From Raillietiella orientalis (lineage: Eukaryota), in assembly GCA_036172245.1 (NCBI GenBank), contig JAYWIR010000043.1, forward strand, positions 1,054,001 through 1,118,000: 64,000 bases of DNA, written 5' to 3'. The notes under the pieces were generated by a model. That model saw only the letters and a program-made list of their open reading frames with translations. It ran no database searches and was not told where the DNA came from. Both the position numbers and the translations under genes were made by a program. This document shows positions 25,132 to 39,600 of the stretch, one piece after another (the first letter of the stretch is position 1; each line of letters starts with the position of its first letter).

Positions 25132-26875
25132 TCAGAGGTGGACTTCGAAGGTTCGCACGGAGTTGCATGCAAATGGGTTGTTCGACGTCAAACTCGCATT
25201 GAACGGATTCGTGGAAAGAGAGGAGGCGCCGAAGGACTGCGACCGCGTCTGTAAGGGGATGTGGTGGTGGTTTCTTTGCTGCCGCTGCGGCAGAGACTGA
25301 ACGGAGCTCGCCAGCCACAGCTCCGCCCTCGACGGAACGGAAGAAGACGGCGCGGCAGACGGAGACGGAGGCCTTTCCCGGGACGCGCAGAGTTGCTGCT
25401 TCGCAGCATCCGCAGGCAGGCTGAACTCGTCTTTCGACGACAGAAGGGCGAGGCTGTGCGTCACCTGCTGCGCCAACTCGCTGAGGGCTTCGCCTTCCGC
25501 GGTGGAACGGTACTCTTCCTCCGACAGGTTCGCCGCGTCCCCGTTGATCTTGTGCCTGTCGCTGATGGCCTCGTCCAGGCTGTGGGACCGTCCCCGCTCG
25601 CCCAGGCGGAGCGACAACTGGCGCTTGAAGGGAGACTGATCGCTGAGAGTGGGGAAACCACGAAACGAGAGCTGACGCTGCAGCATGGATGGAGTGGCGT
25701 GGGGCCGTTCGATGGCATAGGGGTTGTTCACGGATCGGACCGGCGGAGTTTCTGAGGAGGAGAAAGACATTCGTCCTCGGTGCTCCATTCCCTCCCTCCC
25801 TCCCTCTCTCTCGTTTCTACCTGTGGGTCTGCACTCTTGTGGATCTGTCTTGCGTTCAGCGAGCGGGGCAGCTTTGAAACTTCCAAATCGACTGAACGTG
25901 GCTGTGGATAGATCGAAGGTGGCTGAAACTCCGGCTTCTTTGTCTCTCTTTTGTTTGCGCTCCAGGCAAACGGCAAACGCGCATCCGACCGCATGACTCA
26001 ACCTTTCTCCCTGTAGCAGAGGAAGGGGGGGGGGAGGGGGGAAAGAAAGAAAGAAAACGAAAGAAAGCGAGGAAGGAAGGAAGGAAGGAAAAAAAAAAAA
26101 GAAAAGAAATTCCATTCAAGGTAGCTCACGGAATCTCTAGTCGCAAGGAAGCCATGGCACATCCACCTTCGCGTTGCTCCATCACGGCAGATGTACGAGA
26201 ATCCACGTTCGTGGTAACGATCCGGTGCACAGAAGGACACTTTTTCGATGGTCTGATCGACTATCAATCCCTGCATCAGAGGAGAGAGAAAGTTCACTTT
26301 CCATTTCGAACGAAATACAACTTTGGTTTCGTCGTCAACTACTCGAAGTTCATCTCCGGAAACGTACAGCATCCCCTTTGTTTTTCGGCGGCGGCTGTTC
26401 TACAAATCATCATCTCGGTGTACATGAATGGAATCAAGATGCACCGAACCTTCAGGAGTTTCAAGGCCTCTTCGCAAACATTCATCCCTCGTGACTCAAA
26501 CACCTCAATGCAACCCAGGTACTGCGATTTTCCGGGAAAGGGAACGAAACGGTACAGCGCTCGCCATGCCCGGGAAGCTTACTTTCACGTGGAAGCTGCA
26601 GATCCCGCTCCTCACGGTTTGCTCGTCCTCCTGCCACTGGTGAGGTTTGGAACATTCCGGCAAATACTCCTTTCGGCGACGGAAGCTTTCCCTTAGACTT
26701 CGTTTCAGGCGGTCCATATTTGTGCTTTGGTGATGCTGAAACGATGGAGGCAACATCACTGTTAGGCAAGGAGCGAAGTGGGATTTCTTTCTGAAGGGAT
26801 CCACTGAGGGAAAAATACCTTTGAGCGAGAGACAACGGAATCGAGAGGTTCCGGGCGAGATTCACTTGTTCCCAT
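25132..26875 (-). CDS. numb: Protein numb (PTB-domain endocytic adaptor, about 436 aa)
   Basis: Exons 26875-26819, 26735-26583, 26521-26450, 26399-26322, 26270-26130, 26010-25821, 25751-25132; introns 83, 61, 50, 51, 119 and 69 nt; total 1311 nt in frame. [27 protein letters not shown] domain ([45 protein letters not shown]), NumbF region ([21 protein letters not shown]), two NPF motifs, C-terminal TFEVHL. The first exon is less certain; a core ATG lies at 26717. Confidence 0.95.
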
Positions 26876-27500
26876 AGTAATAATTGGTTCCTGCAATCCG
26901 AAATTACTGTCATGCGAATTCAGCTTGAATCATTACTAATCAAATTAGCAAAACAAGAGGACATATGACTGGTCAGTACATGACTGTTATGCTTTTCATT
27001 ATTATTTCAGTGTTTCACAGTGGCATGCAGTTCACTCTTTACAAATTGCACCCATCCAGTTACTTTTAACATGATTAGCTTTTAATGATTCAGAAAAGGA
27101 AAGAAAAAAAAAAAAAGAAAAAAAAAAAGAACAAATTTTTCTTTACTGGCATAGCAAGTGGTCACTCGCTCTGGAGGAATTTCCGCACGAATAAATCGCA
27201 ATAGCAATTCCGATCTCTGACCTTGGCGGAATATCCACGAGTCCTTCATGGTGCAAAAACCATTCATTAAAAAACTGTAATAGCACAAACGAGCAAATTG
27301 ACTGCAAAGATCATGGCAGCCTTAACATAAACGTAACACACATCTTAAGTCCCAATCGTTAAATTAACGGATGTCTACGAACACAGAACAATTCATTACA
27401 GATGTTTGGTCAACGCTGAATCATTTGAAATTCGCTGCAGGAGAAACTCACACTGACCTGAAGTATCAGAAGAGGAATTTATAGCAAAAAAAAAAAAAGG

Positions 27501-27525
<25 letters not shown>
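27501..27525. repeat. (GA)n microsatellite
   Basis: Perfect GA run flanked by poly(A) and GGGA repeats. Confidence 0.9.
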
Positions 27526-27531
<6 letters not shown>

Positions 27532-30500
27532 AGGGAGAGGAATAAAAAAGAGAAAACACTTCTGATATACACGACAACGGATACGCAATGAGTGTAAGCG
27601 AATGTACAGAGAATAACAGTTCGATTTCAGGAAACTGGAAATTCAAGTACAATAGCCCCCCCCCCCCCCTTCAATGACTATCCAATTCAGTCAAGTTGGA
27701 TTTCGACGACGAAATACAATGTATGCCCATACGAAGTCGGAAATGTTATCATCTCATCTCAATTTGCCACATCATTCATACACACACACACACACACACA
27801 CACGTACAAATGCATGTGGTTTTTGGTGGTGCGCCCGAGTGAACCGATAAAAGGGTGACGACCGTGAACTTGCCGAATTCGAAATCGGTCACAACAAACA
27901 AAGGACTGCAGGTACACTCTCTGCACTCTGCAACTGTACACAAAGTTTTCGGAACGGAACCAAACGAACTCGGACTGATGCGACCCCTTGACTTCCGTCG
28001 CAATGACACTGACGGCACGAACGGCAAAAGCATTTACTAATAGGTTACTGAGTGTCCTCTCCGTGGCCCTCGACGCATTTAGTGATCGCGAGACCGCTCC
28101 CTGCATCCCACGTAAAACGCAACCGGGAACGTTCGGAAACCTCCCCCCCCGGCAGCACGAGGGCTCCCACGGAAGAATCGACTCGTACGGTTTCCGAGGT
28201 CCCCCACTTTTCCCGACGGCCCCCTTCACGCCGGGGGCAGCGGCGATCCTTAGCGGATCCTGCGAGAACTGGTGCTCGTCCCGCGTCCGAATCGGATGCT
28301 GACCGTACAATCTCTCGCGTCTGCCTCTGCATTTTCTCTCTGAAGCGTTCCCTTTTTCCCTCGTGAAGTTCCTTGGATTCGAGTGCGAATTCGGATGAGC
28401 GGAGTGCGATGAAAAATCGAGAGCTGCGTGCAAGCTGCTTGCGCAATACCGGAATAATAAATTCGGAGAGAAGGAAAAGGGGGGGGGGGGGGGGAAAAAC
28501 ATCCACACAATGCATCTTTATGGTTCGGAGAAATCGGAGCAAAAAAAAAAAAAACCAGGCGAGAGAACGTTCCAGAATCTCAAAATTCCTTTTCGTGAGC
28601 TGCAGAAAACCCTGAAATTTGAGGAATCCGCCACTGCAAAACTGCAATTTATACAGCTCTCGGGTTCACGCGGAAACGAACGGATGCCGAACCGTTTCCG
28701 TACGGAAAACTGTGATGAACGCAACCTGCGCAACACTTTGGACGTTTGCCACGCCTCGACTACCAACGCGTGCGTTCTGTGTACTGTGCACTGGAACGCA
28801 CGTGTACGTCTCTGCCTTTTCGCAAGCGTCCACGCTGCACAGAAGAAACGTCTCACACGACCGTTCCTTCCGAGTTTAGAACCCGGCACGTGCCATCTGT
28901 ACACATCCTTGCGAATGCTTCTTGCGACGGTGGTCCGCTGGCAGCAACACAGTTGGGGAAAAAAGGGTCGATAAAGTTCACTTGCCTCGGGTGAATGAAA
29001 TGAGCAAACTTTTGGAGACGTACTGCATAAAGAGAATAACGCGCACATGGTACAGGAATTCAAGAGGAACCGACGAACTATTCGTAAAGGATCGATTGGG
29101 GGGTGGGGAGGGACCAGCAAGCTATTCATTCAGTCACGGCTCACGGAACACGAACGAAGAAGGTCTTCGCACAAGTGAATCCCCCCCACGCGCAATGGGC
29201 TGGTGCACCCCTACGATCGTCATCTCGGATCAGTACGGTGCACGACCGGCTGCTGGATAAAAGTCGATCTTCCAATAACCGATCCCACGTCCCGGCTGGC
29301 CGCCGAGTCGACCAAAGCGCCGTGTGACCGACGCACGCAAAAGACGACAAAACGACTCTGCACGGACGGACGTGGTGGGCCGCACGGGAAAAGAGTGTTC
29401 GTGAAACGGCAGCTATCCAACACGTGCGAATTTCCACGAAATTTTTTTTTTGCAAAGCTGGCTGCTGCCGTTGGACACGTGAAAATGATCACATAAACAC
29501 GGCCGAACGAGGCACAAAAAAAGAGAGGGGGGGGGGGGAGAGAGAGAGAGAAGGAAAACCACGGTGTGTGTGTGTGTGTGTTGCTTTACAAACGCAAACC
29601 GTGGAGTGAGTGCCCCTCGGGACGCGCCACACCCGCCGAAAAGGCCAACTTTTTTGACACGCACTTTTCTGGTGGCTCGCCATACACGGAAACGCGCCAC
29701 ACCGGCGAAGGACTCTTTTTCTTCGTCGCTAAGGATCGAAATCCCTGGAAACGAATGCAGCGGAGAGTTGAAAGGGAAGCAGACATGCAGCACTCGGCGT
29801 TTTTACCTTTTTCTTTTTTTTTTCCTTCTTATTCTATTCTTTTAGATACGGATATGCGAAAACGAGAAAAATCACATAAACCGTGCTATGTAGATAATGA
29901 AACACGAATGCCCCATGGATTCATGGAGTCTTTGGATCGTAACGAACGTACGCATACGCGCAGGCAAAAAAACGAAAGGAAAGGCTATTGGAAACGCTTA
30001 AGCACTTGAGGAAGTGTTACATGAGACAAGGGCATTTTTTTTTCACAACTGCTGCTCCCATGAACAGTGGAGATCGAACCGTCACCCCTCGAAGTGGGCA
30101 AGCATTACCCTTCTGCCACACCGAACCCAACGAACACAAAATCATCAAAACACAAAAAAAGACTGCGCCATGACACATCACTGATTTTCTCCATGTGCAT
30201 GTTTCAATGACGAGCCCTCAAACACCCGCTGGGGTCTCAAGAGGTCAGCGAGCAGCTTTCAGAAAGGTCATCCATCCATCCATCCTGCTGCGCTTCTCTT
30301 CCGACGCCAAGGGGGCGCGAAGCATCTTCTGGAAACTGTCCTTTGATTCTTCGAGTACCAAACTCATCTGCCTTTTCCACGCAAGGCAAAAAGCGCACGT
30401 GTTCTTCGAGTTTCGTTGTTTCGCCAGTCACAGCACAGTCTTCTGGAAGTTTCGAACGTCGGCTTTTCGAATTCAGGAAAAAAAAATTGTGCTTGTAAGA

Positions 30501-30687
30501 TGACAGTTGGACCTCGACTAAGGAACGAAAACGACTGAAGTGCAAACTTACTGAGCCTTCCGAAGGCATGCCAAAGAGAAAGCGTCGGTGCATTTCTCAA
30601 CTCTTTGGATGAGTTTCACCAACATCAATAACGGACACACTTGTTTGACCTATGAACTACATAGATCTGACCGGTTCCCGTTGGAAC

Positions 30688-30691
<4 letters not shown>

Positions 30692-30720
<29 letters not shown>
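30692..30720. repeat. Poly(A) tract
   Basis: 29 consecutive A. Confidence 0.9.
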
Positions 30721-30725
<5 letters not shown>

Positions 30726-33700
30726 ATCCTCAAATTCAATAAAGTATGAGCGAGTCACGCTGACACCTCGCTCTCAACCGACTTTTGCATGTTTTGGACT
30801 TTCGATCGGCCGATCTCAGAGAGCAAATGTAAAATCTGAATGCACCAGAGAGGCGTATCCACGCCGGTCATGGGGATTTTTCATCGCCCAGCCCCAGGGC
30901 ATCATCTGCTGTTCCGACGTATTCATAGATTAATACAAATTACTATATGATCGTATTTTCTATTTTCTCATTACACGCGTTCTCTTCAAACTCCCGCAGA
31001 CATAAGCTATCACCGCAGCTCCTTGGTGCTTCAGAAATGGGAAAAAAGTACGATACGACAGAGCACGCGCGGATCACGAAATTGCACTCTGTCGAAAAAG
31101 AAATTTTTTCTTTCGTGGGCGGATTTTTCGCCTGTCGGCACACCAGTCGAAGTGAATTCCATTTCCTCGATACTTTCCGGTATCCCCGGCTAAATGAAGT
31201 CCTTGGTCAGTTGACCTATTCGGGCAAACAAACTTCATGAGAGGAACAAACCTACAACTAGTGGGTCACGATTCGTTTCGTTTCGCATTAGTTATTTTGG
31301 AAAGTGTTCGTGCTCAAAGAGGCAAAAGTTATGAAACACAAGCAATTTCGATCCACAAGTGTAAAACACACACACAAATCACTCCAAGCTCAATATGAAG
31401 CATAAGCCGAATAATGAGTGCGCCCTAGTTGAACTTTGAAAATGGGAGAATTTCATGGAGCGATGAAAATCCACGGTAACTTCGACGGATCCCGCCTTCC
31501 GTTTTCAAGTAATTCACGGAGATGCCTTGCAGCTTCCCAAAGCAGAAGACTCGATGGAAGGTCAACGACAGACCCATGTGCCTGCCGTGAGGAACCGCAG
31601 AGGTGGACCACATTGCGGGCTGACTTCTACTCCTGGGTCGAGCAATCTATTTAAGCGGCGAACAACAACAAGTGCAAATCACACAAAAGGTCCAGAAGCT
31701 GAGGTAGCAACGATATGGGATCTTCGAATACCTTAGAATTTGCTTTCTGTATGTAACTGCGTCTGTTTTCCCACTCATCATACCACGAATTCTGCGACCA
31801 CCGCCATGCTTCCACGTTGAATGGTCTTCCTCAATCACAAAATTTTGCGACTGACGACAAAAAAGGTTTTTGTTTCAGAAGGTTTTCGCTGCAGGAACTC
31901 ATCTCCATGATCCATCCACGTTCCATTTCCTACTTTCTCGAAGAATCCGTTTTTCCCCAATACGTCGTCCGAGAGTCACCGAAACGAAAAAACTGGGAGC
32001 AACCTGTCGTTATTTACCCAATGCCAAACGCAGTCCCGTGTACATGTGAATACTTCTCTTTTGAGAAAACAAAGTACAACAGCACGACAGGATGTACACC
32101 CTGCACATGAAAAGTAAGGCACGGGCGGAGGCGTTTCAGGAAATTTAGGTGACGAAACGCGGGGTCTGAAGCAACTCACGAAATGCCGGCGTGGTACGGG
32201 CCTGGAGGCAGTCCGGTGTACAGAGTGAAGAGCAGCAGCAGCGAACGTACGTACGTAATAACGCGCGGGCTGCAGCAATTCGGTGAAAACTCCCATCCCG
32301 GTTCTCCCGCATCCCGGTTCTCCCAAGTTGCGGAAAATTCGGATTCGCTGCGTTTCGGCCGAGATCCGCCGCCCTACTGCGAGGCGCCTGACCGGTGGCC
32401 ACCGTACGGTCCGATTCCAGACGCTCGACTCGGACGTCGACCTGAGATCTCCTGGGACGCAACCACTTTCAGACCGGGCAACTACCTAGGCGACGCTCCA
32501 TCTTTCTGGGTTCTCGGGCTGGCAAGAGCAGAAGAAACACACACAGTGAAAGGGACGGCAAACAAGTGTGACGACCTTTTTTTCCCCGCGTAATTTTCCA
32601 AGGAAGAAAACCGCGCTATCAACAAATCTATTACGGCCACCGATGTTGCCACTAGTTGGGGGGGGGGGGGGAGAAGAAACCACACTGAACTTCCCCTGGT
32701 CTTCGACCGAATGAAGAAAGGGAAGAAGAAGAGGACGCTGTCCGAACGTCTTGGATTCTGAGAGATCCGTCCAACGGAGTTTGCCGGAAGTTGCCGTGCA
32801 CACAGTTTGCTGGAGGCACGCACAGATGGGGGGTCCTCGTGTGTGTGTGTGTGTGTCCCTTCTGTGCCGCGGTGTGCACACGGCGTCAGGCAAATGCCAC
32901 AAACCCGAAACACTCCCATCGCTCAAACTTGGAGGATTTCTGGATCCTCGAGCACTCCTGGGAGGACGATTTGCTCCCGAAACCTCGAAAATTCTCAAGA
33001 CGCGCTCCAAAATTGCAAGCAGAATAATTCTGCGATGCTGCCAGTAAATGAACTTTGGTATAAGCACATCAAGGAGGCAATTCTTGAAGATATTTGAAGA
33101 AGAAGAAAAAAAAAACGGAATGACGAGTAATTCATGCAGCGACTCCTTCGCTACCGCCTGCTATGATTGAAAAGATTTTCGGGCACATTTATTATTTTTT
33201 TTACAAATGGCGTTCGTTTTTAAACGACGAAAATGGAAAAAACCCAAATGCTTTGCATCCCTATGAATGCAAGAAGAGAATGAAAGCTCACACGGATAGC
33301 AACGATTCTTCTTACATTCCTATGCCTCTTCTATGGAAACGGAAAAACATAACCCCCTGAATCCTTCTGACTTACAGATGTGCATTTTTCATTTTTTCAA
33401 AAAAAAAAAAAAAAGAGGAAGGGGGGGGGGAGGAGTTCCCAGGCTCCTCGATATGAAAGCAGGGTGGGAAATCAATAGATTTCACCAAAATGATTCCACA
33501 AATGCGGAAAAACTTAACATCAATTAGATATGGATTTTATTGAAAAGCATAATCCCAGTTCTGATTTTTACTGGTGTAAGGAAAGGTGTAGTGGGGCATA
33601 AAATTGGTCTTCAAACACAAACCCAAAATCACATGATGTATGTGTACAATGCAAGCCCTAAACGATTCAGCTTACACTGCCACATTCAAAATGGTCAATT

Positions 33701-36250
33701 GGGAGCTGTGATTTAAAGCAAAGGGATTGAGTACATGAAACAAATACATAATCAGTACATTAAACAATACATAATTAGTTACCAGGAAAGAAACATGTTG
33801 CAATTCGACCAATCAACATGTTTAACCAAACAAGGAAATGTAATGACCCCCTTCCCCCCTCCCCTCTCTCTCTCTCTCTTTCGTAAATTGATCACTAAAA
33901 GGGGATCAAACACTTCTCCAAACTTGTTTAAGGCCCCCTAAAATGGGCAAGAGCTATCTCGACGATTGTAAATAATTTCACACAATGCAAAATTTCGGCA
34001 AACGTCAAGAATATTTACAATGTTTGAATTTGATACCTGATTTTCTATTAAAGCAAAAGGGGATGTACACACAAATTTTCAAAATAACATACATGAAATG
34101 ACACCTGCCTGTAATGAGGTTCTGTCCAAAAATTACAAGTTCGGTTACAAACCAAAAATCCAAAGTTCAATTTTAACAATCATTGCAGTCTGAGTGTTTT
34201 ACGAATTAAACAAACACTACAGCCAATTTAATTTCATTGGTTTCAATTTTCAAGTTATCTTGATCAACTTTTTTACATAGGATTAGCAAAAAACCAAAAT
34301 CACATGCTCAAATTGTCTGTAAATAGATAATTGTCAATAATTACTAATGCAACTAAATACCAAACTGTATTGAACCTTATAAACTAAAAAATAGAATACC
34401 ATGAATCAAATCCCCATTTTGATTTTCATTTACATCAACGGAAGCTCATATCAGACACAATGCTTTTAATAAAATGAAGTTGGAGGCAAATTACAATGAT
34501 GGTTTTCCACATAACTCATTTCACAAGTGAAATACAAAACAAAAATTTTTCAATATCATAATTGCCAAACCTTTCATCTCTGCAGGCCACAAAGTCTCAA
34601 CAATTGAGACACATAATACATGCACAGAGAGTGAGAGACACAGGCATGAATACAAATTATCCCTTCATGTCATGTCAAATGTAACAAAAATATCTACAAC
34701 TAAAAAAATCTCATACACGTATTTTAAGGCACATCTCATCATTCTAAACTTCATTAGAAACTATGATGATACTTCACCTTTGCTGGATGACTTTTGGACT
34801 ACAATGATGGGCGATCAAGTTTGAAGCTTGCACAAAACACACAAAATGATACATTTATAAATGATTACTGACCTTGGCTGCACATTTTTATAGAATACTT
34901 AAACGTACTTTATCTTAAATGCAAATGTAAACAGCAAGAACAAATATGAATGAAATTCCAGTGTTCACTTTTAATTCATACATAAGCATCATTGGTATAA
35001 TGGATGCTTGCATTACAAAGATGAAAGTGAAATGTTTCTGTCAAAGTCTGGAAGCCCAAAAGATAACGAAGACTTATTTCCAGGACAAAAACGGGTTAAA
35101 CAAAAGGTAGGAAAACAAGGGTTAAAAGTTCCATTGCTTTGCCATTGTAACCAGTGATACAATATTTCTTATTTGAAATTCTAAAAGTTATCAAGTCTCC
35201 CACTAAAAATAATGCTTCCCATACCTTTGCATCCAAAGTAACTAGGGGGAAAAATGAATACATAAATTAGGAAAGCCTTCTCTTTCGAACAGGGTAAAAA
35301 CGTTGCACAAATCAGATGATCCACAACAAGATAAATTTACTCTGCAAATAGCAAATGATTTCCAAAATTCATAACCCACACTGATTCCCATATTGGAAGA
35401 TTCCAAATTTTACAAGGTGAAAAGAGCAACATAATGTGCAGAGTTGACGCTACTTTCTTCCTTTTTCCCACTTTTGTCTACAGGAACTGCTCTCTAGCTC
35501 CTTTTTTTTTTTTTTTTGTTCCTTCATATGCAGGAAGCAAGTCTCTACACATATATATCCTAACTGTCCCGTGAGCCAGCTACTGTAATTTGAAGGACGA
35601 AATTATGGTTGGAATTGTGGTTTGCTGATTCCACAGGCTGGTGGAATCTTCAAGCTTTCCATGACACATTTGGCGTTGATCGATTGAACGAGTCGGCCGA
35701 TAACAGTCCCATCACAAAACACCCACGAAAAGAAATCCTTCAAACACGGAATGCTACAAAATATGGAAACGTGAAACCCAAGACAAGCCAAATGCTCAAA
35801 CTTTTAATTGGATGCAAAATCAATTTGGTCCTGAAATTTTGCACAGTTCCCCCGGAAATTCTACCCAGCACTCGTTTTCGTGCTTTGCCCTGGAAAACAA
35901 CTTGCACTTACACGGGAGCAAAATTACAGGCATGACCCTTGTCGACTTTGGCGGGCGAGTTCACCGACAAACCGCTCACTTGAACCACGGGCCGGACGTT
36001 TCGTCCGACAATTTTCCCTCTGCTGCTGCCCGCCGCTGTTCGGCCAGCGCGGATTCGAATACGTCCTCGGCGCGTTCCAAGGGGAAACCTCGGAGGGGGC
36101 ACGGAGGCATCCGCCGGGCTCGAAGGCGCACGCCCCCGGGTATGGGGGGGCCGGGCAGGTGCTGGGGGGACGTCGAGGGTCACCAAACGCAACTTGTCCC
36201 ACCCACGAGCCGCCGCTCGCAACTCGCGAGGGCGGGGGTGGGGGGAGAGG

Positions 36251-36254
<4 letters not shown>

Positions 36255-36284
<30 letters not shown>
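36255..36284. repeat. (GA)n microsatellite
   Basis: Perfect GA run. Confidence 0.9.
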
Positions 36285-36290
<6 letters not shown>

Positions 36291-36652
36291 CCGAACAAAA
36301 GGGGGGGGGGGATTCCTCTTTTTTTTTTTTTGTGCGTGTGTGTGTTTCTTCCTCCCATTCATGCATGGGTGGTGTGCTGCTGCACGCACGAGAGGTGGCC
36401 AACCCCGGGCACTTCATGAATTGCGTGATTACCGCGTTCACCCGTCACGAGCGACGGCGAGCGTTCCCGATCGAGAAATCAGCTGATCACTTGCAAAGGA
36501 TAATCAAACAGTACGAAAAATGGGAACACTCGCGGGCAGCTGCAACCGGGACGCTGGACAACAAACACCACGAAGTGCTGCCGCTGGGAGGACGGTGCAT
36601 TTGCGAGGACGGTGAGCAGGCAGCTTTTGCCCGGTGGCGTTCGGTGACACGG

Positions 36653-36680
36653 CGCCGCCGCCGCCGCCGCCGCCGCCGCC
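36653..36680. repeat. (CCG)n trinucleotide repeat
   Basis: About nine CCG units within a CpG-rich island. Confidence 0.9.
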
Positions 36681-39600
36681 CACCCCGAGAGAGAGCACGG
36701 GGCCGGGATGGAGCGGGAAACCGGGGCAAGCCCAGCGATTCCGACCGTGCGACGAGTCGGCTCTGTACGACAGGGCGATCCCTGCAGGGACGGAGGCTGC
36801 GGACTCGACGGAAAAACACGGAAGCAAATCAGCGTCGATGAAGGTACTGCTCGCGCTGTTACGACGGGCAAAGGACTGACAATTTGGAAACGCTGAAGAC
36901 CACCGACCCCAACTTCACTTTTGAGGGGTTCCAACGAAAAATCCAGTAACATCGGCACGCAAACTGGACATCCGACTCTTCCCTTTGAGATCAATGCTAC
37001 ATGCATGGGGCAGTAGGTACTCATTTTTTTTCTGTCATTAACTTACAAGCCTTATGGATTTCGGACCTGCAGGGGAAGCGACGTTTGTTTCCCCCTTCCC
37101 CCCCCCCACATGCGAAGGGCCCAATCGAACAGCTTTAAATACGAATTGTACACTTCCTGTTGCTGCATGGCAAAGCGTACTTCAGCCATGGCGCTCCTGG
37201 ATGGATCGGATGTTTTGCCACGAAAAGCACATATGGCGACCGCCGCAAGAACTTGCAAGCCGAACAGCTGACGAGTCGTGGAAGTCTCCTCAAAGGCTTT
37301 GCTCATCGACACCGCACCGACGATTTCCTCCCGGCGGACAGCACCACCAGCTCACGGGAATCATTCCTCCACGTGGAGAGAGGCGCTTCCTGCTTGCCAC
37401 TTTCACGACAACGACACGACCAGTAACCGACACACTTTTATTCAAAGGGGGGAGACACCCCCCCACCCCCCACCCGTACGAAACGAATAACCAACGTGGA
37501 ACATGCAAATCGCACTTTGGAGTGGAGCGGACTTGAAGAGTGCGGCGTCCTGGCGGAACATTTTCCACTCAAGTTGGACATATTCTACAAGGAGGAAGAC
37601 CGAGGAAGGCACACATCCATTCACCCCTCATCCGCGCTGCTCTTCGCCAGCGCCCTGGAAGCTCCGTCGTCGAAGACGCAGGTGATGGTGAGCGCTCGGC
37701 TCCCACGCGCGGCGGCGGCAACCTTTCGACGCAGCGCAGCCTCCGAATCCCCTCGTGGCGATGTACCGCTTCCACGTTCCTGCAAACTCCAAGGTGTCTA
37801 ACGCGGAGTCTTCCAGTCTCGATCCACCGCCCACGGTGCTCACTCGTACAGCAGAGAAGGGTTCGGAGAAGAACATCAGAAGCGCCGTCCTCCGACGTAC
37901 GCTGTTGAGGAACTCGGAGCTTTCGGGCTGAAACGAGCGCACTGTGCACGGAGTACCGTACAAGTTATGTATATTGAATTCCCAGTCATGAAACAGCCGA
38001 CGAGCGGAGAGGGACTGCTACATTGCTTTTACATGAATGAAAACAGCACACTACCACTACAGCTTGAATGTGTGCAACAACTTGTGTAGTATGGGGTATA
38101 TGGGGATAACTCGAACGCCGTAGTGATGAGCCACGGTGGTCTGCTTACATCCGGAGGCGTTCCAAATATGAAGGGGGGGGGGGTCTCAAGTGAGCATACG
38201 TGTGAGCTCTCGCAGGTTTTCGACTACTACAGCTGCTGCGGCAGATCCATCATTACCTCTGCGTTTCTCCTTTACCAAAATTCGAACGTCACCCACCTTC
38301 AGCGAGTTCAGGAAGGAGCTCTCAGGAGAAAAATGCAACACAGCCCCTCCATTACAAAGGGAAAGACCCGAGTCTTTCCCTTTGCTCCTGTAGGAAAAAC
38401 ATCTTGGCAGCAGTTGAGAAAAAAACATTCAGGTGGGGGTAGAGGGGGGGGGGGGGAGAGAAAAAGAGGAAGAAGAAGAAACTTAAATGATACGATAACG
38501 GAAGGCAGATCGGTTCCACTACTGTTCGTCGCGCTGCTTCTCTCATTTCCACCCCAAGGGTGGAATCGAAGCACCTTTTTGCCGAACAACACGGTGCTTC
38601 GATTCTTCGCTGTAATTCTCAAGCAATCGTCATTAAATTCACGAAAACAAAAGGATGAATAAAGGATGAATCACTTTTCTTAGAAATACTGCTGTGCAAG
38701 AAACCTTGCTTCTTGAAAAAAGTGCAAATTACGGACGTGATTTTTTTTTTTTTAGAAAAAAGAAAAACAAAATAAAAGAAAGAGTGGGAACGCGCACATG
38801 GGTTTCAGCATGAGCGGCGCAAACTGACCAATTTCGAGAGTTTTTTGCGCCGCCGCCGCCTTTAAGAGAAGACCAACCCATTCGATATTATCCGTAAACA
38901 CACTCTCACCACCCGAGGATCTCAGGAACAGAGCAAACATTGGTGAGAAGATGAGAACAATTATCAATTTGAAGAAGAGGAAGAAATCTCAAAAGGGTCC
39001 GAACTTTGGGGGGGTCAACCTTCTGTTTTCAGGAAGATCGCCGACTTTGTGCTGGAAAAAAAAAAAAAAAAAAAAAAAAAGACCGCGATGACCCTCGGTA
39101 CCCACCCTGTTGTCCGGAGGAATCGTTTCCACGCACACTCTTCCATGCCCAGCAGCGGCTGCAGTTTACAACCGGATGTGCGCTTCCTGCCGCTTGCAAA
39201 TGGGCACCGTGCAACGGCAAGGCGACGGTTGCTGCTGCATGCAGGGGTCGGATTTTCGAAAAGACACGTGAAAACGGTCGAAGTTCTTGCCGAAGGGAAA
39301 CGGCAAAGACAGACGGACGCGCGAGCCTGGGACTTGGCCTCCGGGAAAGCACCTCGCAGGAAACAGTAAGGGGTGCCACAACTTTCGTAAAGGGACGGAA
39401 CTTTCTCGTTCGTCCACCGAATCCATCCGATTCGGTGGTTTTTCAAACCGCTGATTAAATAGATCTCGTCTTCGCCGGATACTGATGGACCGGATCACGG
39501 AAAACGTGTGGTTCACTGATCGTTCGTTCTGAGGAAAAGTTTCTTCACCTTCTGTGGAGTGCGATTTCTAAAGCAATTTACCGACGAAGCCCCGGGAAGT

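Noticed and set aside
26154..26696. 180-aa plus-strand ORF
   Set aside because: Antisense shadow of numb exons with no independent evidence.
34763..34871. C/D-box snoRNA-like ATGATGA...CTGA
   Set aside because: No terminal stem or recognisable rRNA antisense guide; such motifs are common in AT-rich DNA.
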